A stretch of DNA of 64,000 bases from Bilabrum cf. latius (lineage: Eukaryota), in NCBI GenBank assembly GCA_965178125.1, contig OZ237760.1:372001-436000 (forward strand). Reading direction: 5' to 3'. The translations under genes and the position numbers were made by a program. Positions within the stretch are counted from its first letter, which is position 1; every line of letters starts with the position of its first letter. Positions 11,944-25,135 of the stretch are shown here, in pieces. The notes below the pieces were generated by a model, which had not been told where the DNA came from, made no database searches, and saw nothing but the letters and a program-made list of their open reading frames with translations.

Positions 11944-14583
11944 ATGAATGCTATGGCAAGCTCTACCGTGGATACCACGCCATGGCTAGAGGACCTCCAT
12001 GACTTCCCTTTCGGTCCAAGAGAGGTTGCTTTGGACAGGGACTACGTTCGGGACCGGTTGGCACCTCTTACGACGTTTGCTGTGATTGTTACTGCACTAG
12101 CTTTTGTTGCGATCATTGTCCGGCTTATGATGGGGGTCTTTGCCCCAAAGTGGTGGCTTTGTTGGGGTTTGTTCTGCTGCTGCAAGAAGCGATCATGTGG
12201 AAAATCCTGCGGATGCTGCGGTCGGGACGCGGCATTGGACAGAGTCTCGGCACTACGATAGACGCAACAATTTGATTAGCGAGAATTAGACGCGCTGCAG
12301 GTCGAAGAGGATGTCAGGTGCGACAATTCCCAAGTTTACACCACTTTTGCGTTCCTGCCAGTCCTTGCCGCTGCAGTGTACACGTACTTTGTGTGGCAGG
12401 AGTTCAGATCAAGCGGAGTTGTTCTTGGTGATAGGCTGCTGGAGCTGGACTTTAGCAATGCGATCGGACAGGCGAGCATTGCAAGCTCCCAGGCGGATTG
12501 GGCTTCTGGCAACGCCTCTGACCTGCACGCCGCGCTGCTGCATGCACCGCCCCCGATCGCAGCGTACGCGCCCAAGGCAGCCATGCTGGAGCAAGAGCTC
12601 TCGGACGCTGCGAGCGACTCAGGGTCGGTGTCCGGAGACGGCCTGGGCCACTTCGACGACGTCGTCGACAGAGGTTCCTCCGTGCTGAGGGAACGTTCGT
12701 CAACCGTGGAGACCTGGGGTGCCGTCGGGATCGGAGCAGTCCCCCTGATTCCCGTCCTCGTCCTCCTCGCCAGCCTCAGCTGCGGCCACCCCGCCATCTA
12801 CTACGCGGCCATGTCGCTGGCTGTTATCCTGCTGGTGTCGCTCGCTGTGGGCGTGGACTCTATCCCGGCCGTCGCGCTGGCGCTCGCCGACACGTGCGCA
12901 GCGCCCAGCGGAACCTTGAGGACGTTGGGTCGCGCGGCGCTGGGCTATCCCCAGAGCGAGAGCCCTTACGACTCCGAGTCGCTGTCGCTGCTGTGGTGGT
13001 ACACGGGAGACTGTGCCGGCGCCGCGCAGAACGGAACTGGTCCGGGAAGCAACAGCTCCACAGTGCCCGGTCCGATCGCCGCCGGCCTAAACGCCCTCGC
13101 CGGAGCCACCAACGCCTCCAGGTCTGCCACGGAGCTGTACACCGCCTTGCTTGCGGGGGGGCCTGGGGTCCCCAGCTCTGTGATTGGGAACGCGTCTGCC
13201 GTGGCCAACGCCACGTCGGACCTTGTGTTTGAACTCACGTCGCTGCAAAGCGACTATCTGGCCTGTGGCGTGGTCCAGCGCAAGGTGAACGACACGATGG
13301 TGCAGCTGTGCGACGACGTCGGCCACAGCTTCGGCATGCTGGCCCTCGGCCTGGCACTGCTGTGGGTGACCCTGCTGGTGTTCATGTGGGTGGGTGGGTG
13401 CATGTGCAGCATGCATCCTGCGACAGAGAGCAAGCTCGAGTTCAGCAACCTGGGCAGGCTTCGTCGCATCGCCGACAGCGAGGAGAGGAGGTTGCACCCG
13501 CCCTGCGGGGGGCAGTGCGGGTGCTGCTGTGACGATGACCCCAATGGCGCCGGGGGGCGTCGAGCCAATGCGGGGACCCCGCTGCTGCAGCCAAGGGGTG
13601 GGGTTGTGCCCCCGGGAGGGGGCAACAACTCGGGGCCTGCACCGACATCTGGGGGCCGTAGTGGTGGTGGCGGTGGCGGTGCATCTGGAGGCAGCAGGCC
13701 GGGTATGGGATTGTCCACACCGCCGGCCCCTCAGAGGAGCCTGAGCGGCCCGGGAAGACCCAACCCTGGTCGGCATGAGCAATAGAGACCCAGTCGGGAG
13801 GACAGCATCACGAGCGGCAGCGACCTCGATCCCACCGACCGCGACTACGTGCCGCCTGCCCCCCTGGTGGTGCCACCCAAGATGGGTCATGACCCGGCAG
13901 GAATGGAAATCGGGCCAACTGCCCCGCCTGCTGGCAGCGAAGACGCCTCGGGGCGAGGCACCACCACGCCCAAGTTCTCGGATGACCTGCCCGACTGGAA
14001 CCATGACTTCGGCGCCACTCCCACTCCCACGGGTGGCAGCGGCATGGTGGGGGTGACGAATCCTTACAGCCCATACGACCCGTACTCCCAGTCCGGTGGG
14101 GGCATGGGCATGGGCACGGGGGTAGTAGGCAGAGGTGATAGCGGGGGCACGGGGGCCGGCGGGCTTGGACGGAAGCCGACCGACGGCTCCATCGGCTCCG
14201 CGATGGCGTCAGCCCCCGTGGCTGGAAACCCCTTCGACACCGATGACGCACCCGGCGCGCAGGCAGGTCAGCAGCCCGGCGGGTCATTATCGTCCGGTGG
14301 TGGCCAGTCGGGCGGGGGCATGGGATGGGCCGGTCTGTCTGGCCCTGCTCCGCAGCCGGGTGGCGGGATCGGGCTGCTTTCTGGGAACGGCAACGGAGCC
14401 GGGACGGGGACGGGGAGGCTGGGGGTAGGACCTGGGGGGGTGGGCCTGCCTGACGGTAGCTAGGCCATTGTGGTGGTCGAATCGGAGGACGAGGACGACG
14501 ACGATGACGACGATAGGCGGGGGGTTGCAGGCGCGGGGGAAGAGTCGTTCCGAGTGAGCGCGCCACCGAATTTCTAGCTGTGA
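11944..14583 (+). CDS. Multi-pass membrane protein (about 5 TM, tweety/prominin-like topology) with Gly/Pro-rich tail
   Basis: Three track ORFs join in one frame through TAG at 12259, 12277, 13783, 14461 and 14575. Hydrophobic segments, Cys clusters after TM1 and TM5, and an N-glycosylation-rich loop. Ends TGA. Family is inferred from topology only. Confidence 0.7.
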
Positions 14584-15031
14584 TACATTCGATACTGTAG
14601 TTATTTGCTTGCCACCTGCATGCATCCGGATGCGCTCGCGTCGAAAATCCCTTGTATCCTTTTGAGATTTCCTGGCCTCGCACACTGGATCAGGGCACTG
14701 TGCGGGACGTTGGGGTCGACCCAACTTCTAATTGCTACCATTCTTGGCTCTATCTGCCATAATTCAAAAGTCATGTATTACCTCCGAGATATTTTCACAT
14801 TATTATTGGCCAGTAGCATGCAGTTTAGGGTGGGGCACAGGATTATGCCTCGAAAAGGCAATCTACCCCTGGGCCCCCTGGGCCCTGTGCCAGTGGCGAC
14901 CCCACTGGCAATGAGGGGTCAACTCCGAGTCGGACCGTGTTCCGCGAGTCAACCTCGCACGCGCCAACGGAAGAAGCCACAAGTCCCGGTTCATTTCCGG
15001 GAATAGTTTGCCCTTGAACGCCATAAGGAGC

Positions 15032-17731
15032 ATGTCTTCGCCAACTGGTCAGTTTGTCTGGGGAGGAGAACAGGAAGAAGTCGAAAAGATGCAGAAATCG
15101 GCCTTCATCAACGAGATGCTCGCAGGAGTGCAGGACGGTGACAGCGAGGCCCTTCTTCAGCTGCTTAAGTCTAAAGGCTATGATGATGAACTCAGTCAGA
15201 GGTTTGCGTCACACCTGACCCCTAACCGGGAATCTGTTGTCCGCATCGGACTGTGGGCCTCGAAGGACCGCTCGAAGAATGACGGCAGGTGCTTCTTCAT
15301 CGGGGTCCCCAAAGACCTAGACGGCGAAGAAGGTGCCGTGCCCGAGCTAACTGGATTCACATGCTTTTGTGGACCACAGTACAATAGCTTGTATGGCCTG
15401 CTCGTCAACTCTGGCGACGAGGTAGACGAGGTGCAGGCGAGGCAAAAGAAGGTAAATGATGGCATCAGGGCTGCACGCAACACGAAGCTCGCGAAGCTTT
15501 CTCCAAAGGAGCATGAGCGCATGCAAAGGGAAGCCGACAGCCAGTATGTCGTCGCCGTTCGTCCCTCGGGACGCTCCAAGCTGACCTACGACTTCGAGCT
15601 GCTCAAGACCGCGGAACCTCCCTCCGAGGCAGCCAAGTACCCCTACATCGAGGTCGTGATCACCCACCCGCGTGTGTTTTTGGAGTGCGGTACGGTGAAC
15701 ACCCTCTTTGGCATCCCCAAGATCGATGCCAGCAGGGCCAGGGGAGCCGTCGTGACCAAAGGGCTCAAGCGCAAGGCGGCCGTGACGGTCCCTCGCGACC
15801 AGCACCAGAACATTAAGGCTGAGATCGACGTGGTTCCCATGGCATCGCGGGTAATCAAGAAGGGCAAAGACCTCGAGAAGGCGGCAGAGCTCGGCTGGAC
15901 CGTACCGCCTCCCGTGCCGATCACGCCCTCGCTTCGCACCAAGTACACCAACGCCGACTTCTCCTCCCACAGCGAGGCCGAGCAGGCAGCTCTCCTGCGA
16001 GAGCTCAAGACGCGGGACTTGGACAAGAAGCCGTGGGAAGGGATCATCGACTACGTGAAGCGGTGGACGGGCCGGATCATGGAGTTCATCACTTACAACG
16101 CCCCCGCGTCGTTCTAGCAGAACACCGGCAAGCCCGTCTGGAATGTCTTCAACACCAAGGTCGCGCACTGCGGAACCTACTCCTGCCTCCTTGTCGAGTC
16201 CCTGCGCGCATTTGGCATCCCGGCCCGCCTCACGGTGGGATTCGCCGAGCTGGATGGCACCAAGACTCACTGCACTGCTGAGGTATACATCGACACGAGC
16301 CAGACGTGGCTGTCCGTGGAGCCGTAGTCGAGGGGGAGCGTCGGCCAGACCACCCCATTCACCGCAACTGCGTCCATCGGCGTGCTGACGATAGACGACA
16401 TCAAAGACAACCACACCCTGCGACCGTGGGCCGCCGATGTGGAGGCGTGGGCCAACGATGTCTTCAAACGGGCGGACGCGGACGGCAACGGCTACATCTC
16501 CAAAGACGAGGTGCAGGGGCTCATGGAGATGCTGTTCCCTGCTCTGCGATCCACCAAGGCGGACGATTCCATGCAGCGCATGATGGACGACGCGATCAAG
16601 AAGCTTGACGTGGACGGGGACGGGCGCATCACTAAAGAGGAGTTCGTTAAGCAGATGGTCTCACCCAGCGGGGGAGGCATGGCCAGCGACTTCATGACCA
16701 ACGCCACCCAATTCGCCATGGGGCAGAGCTGGGTCGCGGCAGCGGTAACGGCTGCCCTGCCCGGCCCCGAGATGAGCGCGAGCGGAGTGGCTGCAGCCCA
16801 TGTCCAGGACTGCACCAGAGAGGCCCTCTGGAACAGCCTCAACCTCGACGGCAATGCAGAGAGCAAAGCGGCCATGCAGCGCAAGACAACTCCGGTCCTG
16901 TTTGGCCAGTTCAAGGAGGACAAGGCCACGGAGGGGTACAGCGACAAGGACTACAGGAACAGGGAGGGCACGGGCATCGAGGCGTGGCCAGAGGGCTTCG
17001 CTGCCTACCTGCACCCGCCGCCGAGCGCGACATACGTCAACGGCGGGAGGCGTCGAGAGCCTACGATGATTGGATGCCATGTGGGTACTTTGCGGCTGGA
17101 CTGCTGCGCACCTTGCTGCTTCGCCAGCTGCATGACTGCCCTAGAGACTGCCCCTATTCGGGACCGGACGGGTGCCGACACTGCGGGCATGATGTCCTCG
17201 TGCTGCGGCTTCAGGGTGGGCTGCTGCACGCCGCTGCTGGACAGCTGCTTTCCAACGGCTCGCTCACAGATCGACTGCTGCGAGACGCAGTGCTGCGGGA
17301 AGTACATCGGCTGCCTCGGAGACCCTCTCAAGTGCTGCTGCCAGTCTGAAAAGGACGAGCTGGAGAAGGACCAGAGGCACCCAGTGGAGGCCAGACTCGC
17401 CGACTGCAACTTGTGCTGCTAGTCGCTCTGGATGGGGTGCTGGTGCAGGGAGCTCAAGACGCTGTGGGACATGTGCTGTGGGGTAGACGATGACGAGGTG
17501 GGGGGGCCTGCGACTGCAGACTCAGGCAAGGAGGAGTACCTCTGTGGGTGCCACTGCCTATTGTCCAGGTGCGCCTGCTGCCCCGCGTGCTCCAAATGCT
17601 GCGCCGCAGACCGTGCAACGGACAGGCTCGTATCCAGCGGCAGCACGAGCAAAGCCAAGGCCGAGGTGAACCCAGCCGGCGGCTCGGCGACTGCCCAGTA
17701 CAAGCACGCCGCGAGGGCTGATATGGTTTAA
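15032..17731 (+). CDS. Transglutaminase-like core + EF-hand pair + Cys-rich C-terminal region
   Basis: Reading TAG 16115, 16325 and 17420 as sense gives HCGTYSCLLVESLRAFGIPARLTVG...HCTAEVY...WLSVEP, EF loops DADGNGYISKDE and DVDGDGRITKEE, then a CC-rich tail. Ends TAA. Confidence 0.85.
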
Positions 17732-17910
17732 GCTGGCTCTAGATCTACGTCTACTTCGACTGGCTTGGTTCACACGATCGTGGGTGCATTGCTGGGCGGA
17801 CCCAGGTGTGTGCGGGTGCACGAGCGGTTCGAATCCGGAATCCGGATGGGGTCGATCCGACTTCTGCTTTGCGTTTTCTGCTAATACCAACATGCTTTGA
17901 ATACGCATTC

Positions 17911-19362
17911 TCACTGCCTGCCGCTCCCACCCTGAGCGCTCTCTTCACCTGCATCCATCCCAACCGGTCCTGCATCTACAGCGCTCTCCCGCATGCGGAC
18001 CACCCCACCCCTGCCCCACTCCAGGGAACCGGCGTCATCGCCCCTCCGGCCTCCAGCCCCAGCTCGACCGCTTGGGCCACTGCGGCCGCCTACCGATAAG
18101 CGAAACACGTCCGGCCGGGAGTAGTGCCCGTTGGCATCGAAGTTGTGCCTCTCCTCCACCACCTTGTTCCGGTCTAGCTGCACCATCCACAAGCCCTCCT
18201 GCCCCTGGCACGTGTCCTCGGGCGGATGCACCCACTCCCCATCGGGGCCCGCCACGCAGCTGCCGCCGTTGTGCATGGGCCTGCCGTCGAGCTCCTGCTG
18301 CTTCCTCAGCCAGAAGTCTCGAGTGCTTGTTCCGCTCCAAGGCCGGCCTCTTGCCTCGCTCACCACCCCGGGCGCACCGTCCTGTGCTCCCCACTGCGAC
18401 TCCTCAAACTGCTTCTCTGCCAGCTGCTGATACTGCACCCTGGTACGCTCCAGCGAGCTCCCAACACCCGCGGTGTCACCCGAACCCCCAGAGTTCCTCG
18501 CACTGGCTTCAACCGCAGCTTCGATCCCAATCGCGCTGAACTCGCGGTCTGCTGCGCCCCTGTCAGTGGGAAGGCAGCCCAAGGTTTCGGCCAGCTCCTG
18601 CAGCAGCGGGGTGGACCGCAGCCCACCACCCTCGCCGGTTTGGCCACCGTCTGAGCCGCCGTCTGCGCCAAGGAACAGATCCCCAGGCTGGAGCACCCCG
18701 CTCACGCTCACGGTGAAGGCCCGCCCCTCCCTTGCCACGAATCGAGTGATGACGTCAGTGTTGTGCAGGCTGCCGGGCCACACCATGCAGTGGAGGTCCG
18801 TCCCCTGCCCGTAGAGAGCAGTGCGGGCCGCCGGCATCCAATTCTCCCAGCAGTTGAGAGCTGAAAGCCGCCATGGTTCACCACCCATTCCAAAGTCGGT
18901 CTCAACCACGCGCAGGTCTGCCGCATCGCCGTCCGCCCATGCGAGCCTCTCTTCATACGTTGGTTTCATCTTGCGGTGGACGCGGAGAGCACCGTCCTCC
19001 CTAGTACCGTCCGACACAATGACCGTGCAATACAAAGAGCGATTTATTTCGCTGTCTCTACAGATGCCACCTACCACTGCGCAGATACCCAGCTTGCGCG
19101 ACTCGATTCGGATTGCGTCGATGTCATCCTTCGTCATGGCTGCTTCGTAGTAGCGCCTGTACCACACCTTGTTCCTAGGATGATCGAACGAAGACCCACC
19201 GTTTTCAAGCCATACCGGGTATCCGGGGAGATGAGCCTCAGGAAAGACAACGAGCTAGGCTCCACGTTGGGCCGCGATTCGCATCGTTGCATGGATCTTT
19301 CCAAGCGTTGCATGGCGACGCAAGAATGACGGCGCTTGTTGCGCAAGTGCAACAGATAGCAT
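17911..19362 (-). CDS. Nitrilase (carbon-nitrogen hydrolase)
   Basis: Catalytic triad motifs GA(TAG)LVVFPEAHLPGYP, HRKMKPTYEER and NCWENWMP, plus C-terminal FDANGHYSRPDVF. TAG at 19255-19257. Ends TGA. Confidence 0.93.
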
Positions 19363-19535
19363 TACAAGATTATACAACAACGCAGTCCGCTGCACCTATT
19401 GGAGTGCTGTAAGGACGCACAGTTGCACTTCCGGCCGGGGCCCGTGTGTGCGCTCGTCATCACACTCCCGGAGTTGCTGGAGATGGATTCTGCCAAAGAA
19501 AACAGCCTTGTACTTGAAACTGCTTGTGACTTTCC

Positions 19536-21771
19536 ATGATAGTATCGCAAGAAGTGCTCATTCTTACTCTGTTGTTTGCAGCCTACGGATCTATTGGTGA
19601 GACTTGCCGGTGATTCGGCTGCTGTGGCCAAGTCTTAGTTTGCCCTTGAACCTTCGATTTCAGTTTTAGGAGCTTGGAACAGTGCATTCGCAGGTGTGGT
19701 CAGAAATCTGTTTGCGTCTGGCTTATCACCACTGTTGGACTCGATTGGGGAGCCAGATGGCGCGGGGGCCTTGATTGGTGCAGGAACTTCGGCATACATG
19801 ATAGGAAAGTTGGTGTTTGGCCCGGGCACAGACTGGCTTGCAGGGACAAGCGGGACTCGGGGAGCAATTGTGTTGGGGATAGCTTGCATTGCAGTAGCGT
19901 CAACGTTTGCTATGCTGTCGACCGCAAATGGTGCAGCAACCGCGTACCTGTGGTTCTGCTTGCACCGAGCGGCGCAGTCTGCCGGGTGGCCCGCGATCGC
20001 AAAAATCGTCGCAACCTCAGTCTCAAAAGGAATGAGCTCTACCGCATGGGGCGTGATATCGATTTCAAGCCAGTCGGGTCGGATGGCCGGGTCCCTGATG
20101 CTGGGCGCCCTGCTCGGGGCAGGCCTCTCGTGGAGGCAGGGCTTCCTGGTAGGGGCGGGCATCGCGGCCTTCGGGGCCGCGTGCGGGTTTGTAACGTGCT
20201 GTTTCACGCGTGGATAGGTCGCTGCATAGGTAGATTTGAAGAGAATCAAGGCGAAGAGCTCCGGTCCATGCGATATCAGGCCGAGTGCATCGAGAGGGGT
20301 AGCTGATGTTGGTGCTGTTGCTGATGTTGGTGATGGTGCTGACGCCGGTGCTTCGGTCAGTCGCAGGAACGGTGCTGTGTACTCCACGAATGCCGGCATA
20401 GCAATCAGAAAGGAAGAAGACGAAGAAGCAGAGGCTGTGCAATGCATTGCAGGCGGTCGGGACGTGCATCGCCGTGGAGCCGGCACACCTGACCAGCTGG
20501 TGTCCAGAAGCGCGCAGCATCACGGTGGAGATACGAATCGATCAGCAAACTCACCTGTACGCGTGGACAGCGAGAGCCTCTCACTGCTGCGGAACAGCCA
20601 TACAGATGATGATGACGACGATGACGATGACGATTATGATGACACGATCGACCATAGTAGATCTAGGCCGCCATCTAGGGCACGGGACCTAGGCGGGAGC
20701 AGGTCAGCTGCAACGGGCAACGAGCGCGGGCTTTGCCTGCCAGAGGACCCGGGGGCGTGCAGCAGCTGCTGCGCCTTGCTCGCTCACAACGAGCTCGCGC
20801 GCGTGCTGCTGAGGCGGCGGTTCCTCCTCATGTGCGGGATGATGGCATGCCTGACCGTCGTGTTCGAGTTCGGGTCACTGCACTCGAAGCTTCTCGTGTC
20901 TGGCCTGGGCATGGCAGAGGACCGGGCGGCATACGTGGCGGCGGCGTTTCCCATCGGCTGCGTCATAGCTTCCGTGACTGGTGGCTGGCTCCTGGACCGG
21001 GCCCAGGGAACAAGGGAGGGAAAGGTGCGGTCGCAGCGTGTCAGCGTGGGGCTGGTGGTCGGCTGCATGCTGACGTTCGTCGGGCTGGCTCTGGTGGTTG
21101 CAACCGGTGGAGGAGGGGCGAGCGGGAGCAGCGGAGGGGGTGGTATGAATACCACGGCGCTGCCGGAGCGTGAGGATGGTGGATCCAGCGGCCGCCATGC
21201 TGTGACGAGTGCGCAGGAGCAGGCAGACGAGCCACCGGTGACCTTTGCGTAGGGCCTTGCGATCGGCCTGTGCGGACTCAGCGGGCTGCTTGTCGCGTTT
21301 CCGTACTACGTGCTGGGGAATTCGTATGCCGTGCAGGCGGGCGGAGCAGGGCACAGCTCGGCTGCCATATCCGTCATGGATGCTACGGGGTACTTGCTGA
21401 CCGTCGTTGTGTCTGTGGGCGTGTTCGATCCCATTCTGCACGGGGCTGGGGATGGTGATGGGAATAGTGGTGGTGGGGAAGGGGGTCATGGCCGTGGAGA
21501 TTCCGGCAGCCTTAAATGGGGGATGGTGTGCGGCATCGTAGCAGTCGTGCTGGGGGGAGGGGTGGCGTGCTTGGTGGCGTTCTTTGCGCTTGAGGGCGAC
21601 GATGAGGAAGGCAGTGAGAGCGGGGACATCGCTGAAGGTAGTTGGCAGGACCAGGAAGATGCAAGTGTTGCAACTGGTGAGCATGCTGCCAGCCTGAGTG
21701 GTGGTGAAGGGGAGGGCGGCATCGGCCCGTCATCAGCACAGTCCGGTGGTTGGGACGAGATGCGAAGCTAA
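19536..21771 (+). CDS. MFS transporter, organophosphate/sugar-phosphate (GlpT/UhpC/SLC37)-like
   Basis: AYMIGKLVFGPGTD, AQSAGWPAIAKIV, AWGVISISSQSG and MDATGY. Intron 19597-19693. TAG at 20215, 20227 and 21250. Ends TAA. Confidence 0.85.
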
Positions 21772-21942
21772 GCAGTGCCACACTGGGCGCAAAATGAAGT
21801 AGGCAGTAGTCTCAAATACATTTTGCATGCCATCGCTCAACCTGTGTCTACGTTTCCCAACCGTTCTGCATCGAGTCGCCATAAGCAGTTGCAGTTTGTG
21901 GCACGGTCGGTGCCTCGAAGCCGCTCACCATTGGCAGCCACC

Positions 21943-22818
21943 TCACAACTTAGAAGGATCGTACGATATGGACGCGATCTCCATGCTAGCAGGACCTTCG
22001 TATGGCATATGGAGAGGGCGCAAAATGACACGAACGGTCTGGGGGAGCCATGGGATTATCGCACCGGTGGCTCCTGCAACACCACTCCCTGAGTCCGCTA
22101 CCAGGCCTGACAGCGTCGAATTACTCATCGTGTGCTTAGATTTCCCATCAACAAACCAAGTCACTGCCTCTTTGCTCCACTCGAAGGCGTATTCGTGGAA
22201 GCCCTATGAAGGATCGAAACCGAGATCTATGTTGTAGCGCCACTGCTGCCCCTTGATCCAAATCGATGCATCCAACTGGTTCGTATTTGGATGCCAGCAC
22301 ATATCAATTTCGTTCCAGGCCGGAGAATTCGTGTAGGTCGCAACGCACGCAAAAGCGTTCGACGGCGTCCCTGCGGCTGTCACGCTGCTGGAATCGGGCG
22401 CATATGGGACCCTAATGACAGTGCTTACTCGTCCAAACAGTACGGACATATTGCCCTTTAAATGCCCAGAAGCCACAGTTGCGCACTCCTGCTTGTATCC
22501 TGCATCTGAAGCCTGCAGGTCTGCCTTCCCACAGCACTTGTGCGGGTCACTATTGCAAGGGTTCTCATCCATGGTAATCAGCAATCCATGTGATGTCTCT
22601 AAACTGCCGGACAGCGAGTGGTTGTAGTGCAAATGCGAAGGTCTTGCGTCTAACGGCGGTGTTTGCATCACCCCGTTCGTCTCGATCCACAGAGACGCAT
22701 TCGGCCGGGAGAAGGTATCAACGAACGAGACCGGGACGCCAAACACGGCAGTTAGTATGCAACACAGAATCAAAGCATGCGTTGTTGGAATCATTTTGCT
22801 CGAAATTGAAGTAGACAT
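21943..22818 (-). CDS. Secreted GH16 (lichenase-like) protein with variant catalytic motif
   Basis: Signal peptide, WNEIDMC and LGFDPS(TAG)GFHEYAFEWSKEAVTWFVDG. TAG at 22204. Ends TGA. The start may be the second Met at 22794. Confidence 0.85.
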
Positions 22819-23072
22819 TGTTCATGCTCCAACTCGGAGTTGATAGGCACGCATCGTGGCCATCAAAATGAGCCGTCGGAGACAGGCTCTACGTGTCGAA
22901 TCTAAGCTATGCTATGGGAATAAACCTATTTTGTAGCGCATGATACTGCAGTTCCGCAGTACTCCACAAATGCAAACACGGCCTAGATCTAGTAAATTTC
23001 TAAGCGGAATCAATCGGCACCACCCAGCCCCCTAGAATCCCCCCACGATGGAGCTTCTCCCCCGTGCCAGAT

Positions 23073-25010
23073 TCACCACTTCCTGGAGCGGCACGCCTCA
23101 GCCCCATACGTCTGGGCACATCCTGTCCGGCCCAGCCCGTCCTCCTGCGCCCACACGAGCCACCCCGCCATGGCCAGCACCACCAGCAGCAGGCAGTTCT
23201 GTGCCACGACCAGCCAGGGCATGCCATGCTTGCCGCCCTCGCCGCCCACTCCCCGCATCCATCCGTCAAAGGCCGCGCCCTAACCGCAACCGAACCGCAA
23301 CAGCAGCCACAGGGCCAGGGAACACAGCGCGACCCCCCACGAGTACCACACCACGTCAGGGATCGGAGCATCGTTGAAATTAGTGCCGAACTTTACAGTC
23401 ACGGCCGCCTCCGCTATCACCACGGCAGTCGCCAGCCACATGTTCTGCCCGATGCGAGTGGCCTGCTCATCCACGATGTACAGGTACCATTCGTGGAGGG
23501 CGGGCTGGGCCAAAAAGAACCAGAGGAAGAGCCTAGCGGGGTTCAGGGGACATTCGGGGGGCAGCCACAGGACGTGCTTCAGCGTGAATGCGTTGATTTC
23601 CACCACCTCCATGGCCAGGAGCACCCCAAGAACCGCAAGGAACCTTCGCCAGGAAGAGAACATCTGCCACTCGTACCGCACCCACTGCAGCGGAGTCACC
23701 AGGCGAAGCGCGCCCGAGAGGGAGAAATCACCAGAAGGTGAACTCGTCACACCGGATTGACTCGCCACATCCTTTATCTTCGCGTCGGGCATTTCCCCAT
23801 TCTTGCTTTCAGTTCCATCCGCACTGGCAGCGCTGGTGCTGGTGCTGGTGCCGGTGCCGGTGCCGGTGCCGGTGCTGGTGCTGGCTGTGTCGGCGCCATG
23901 CCAGGACCAGTGGTACGCATCGATGTCCAGCGTGTGCACGACCAGCATGCCCACCGCGGCTCCCCCCATGTTGCACACCGTCATGTCAAGGATCCAGTGG
24001 TCCCACCAGCACTCGTGGAAGTTAAGCAGTTTGTCCTGAAGCGAGTACTCGATCAGCTCCCAGGCCACCGACAGGATGACCAGAAGTCTCCAGTCCCGCA
24101 GCATCATCGCTTTGCCCACCCATCCGAGAAGGTGTGCCACCGTAAATATATCGAAGAATGTGTCTTTCACTGCCTGGAATGGGTCCTCGTTCTCTGCTGC
24201 GTAGATGCGGCAGTCGTCGGCGTACGCTGTCTCCAGGTTGGCGGGCTTGACTCCCAGATCGGGGAAGAAGAAGGGAAGCACTCGTCGCCTGGCGCTGTCA
24301 GCCGAATGCATCAAGATGTAGACGAGTACCAGTAGATACAGGATACCAATGCCGTGGATGACTCTCCAGAACGAGGGGTGCGGCCGGATCAGCACAGAAT
24401 CCCTCATCTGAATCCCGCAGTAGCACAGAAATACCACAGCCATGACCAGGAGGCCGAGCTTCTCATGGTGACCCCCAGGAGATGTGCCCTCTAGAATGCC
24501 TTGCCCCTCCTATTCCTATGATGCACTGCCGTTGATCTCGTCTTCCTGTTGTGCGGAATGGCCTCCCGAGGCAGTCTTCGTGTCCGTCGGGCCAGGCAGC
24601 ATGAAGCCGCAATACAACACGATTCCGATGACTACTGCCAGCCAGGAAAGGGTATGAGGCTGATAAAGCAGCCACGCAAACGGGCCATCTTCAACAAGGA
24701 AAGACGGCGGAGCTGTTGGAGGGGCAACACCTTGCCTGCGCCTTGCCACCACAACTGCGCTTCCATACCGTCGGGGCGTGGAAGCTCCGCTCTATGGCCG
24801 CGACACATTGTCATCAGTCATGCTTAAAGCATCAGAAACGCTAAGTTCGACTGCATCCGATTCGTTTTCCTCGCGATCAGGGCGGGACAAATCCGCACCA
24901 TATATACTTGGGGGCGATTCATCATCAACACTGTCGGATACTGGACGTTCCGAGGAGTCATCACCTGAATTTGACTATTTTTTCTACAATCGCTAGCTTC
25001 GTCTGCGCAT
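23073..25010 (-). CDS. PTDSS2: Phosphatidylserine synthase (base-exchange, PTDSS1/2 family)
   Basis: LYQPHTL, DSVLIRPHPSFWRVIHG, YADDC, DIFTVAHLLGW, NFHECWWDHWILD and EINAFTLKHVLW. Seven in-frame TAG. Ends TGA. Confidence 0.92.
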
Positions 25011-25135
25011 GTACGCAGCCAACGACCGTGACTAGGCCGAAGAATCTTCTGCAAACTTCGCGCACTATTCCCGTTCGGAGCCACAAACAATCCCCAGGCT
25101 CGAGTTCATTTTTATAGCCTTTGCTGCGCTTCCCC

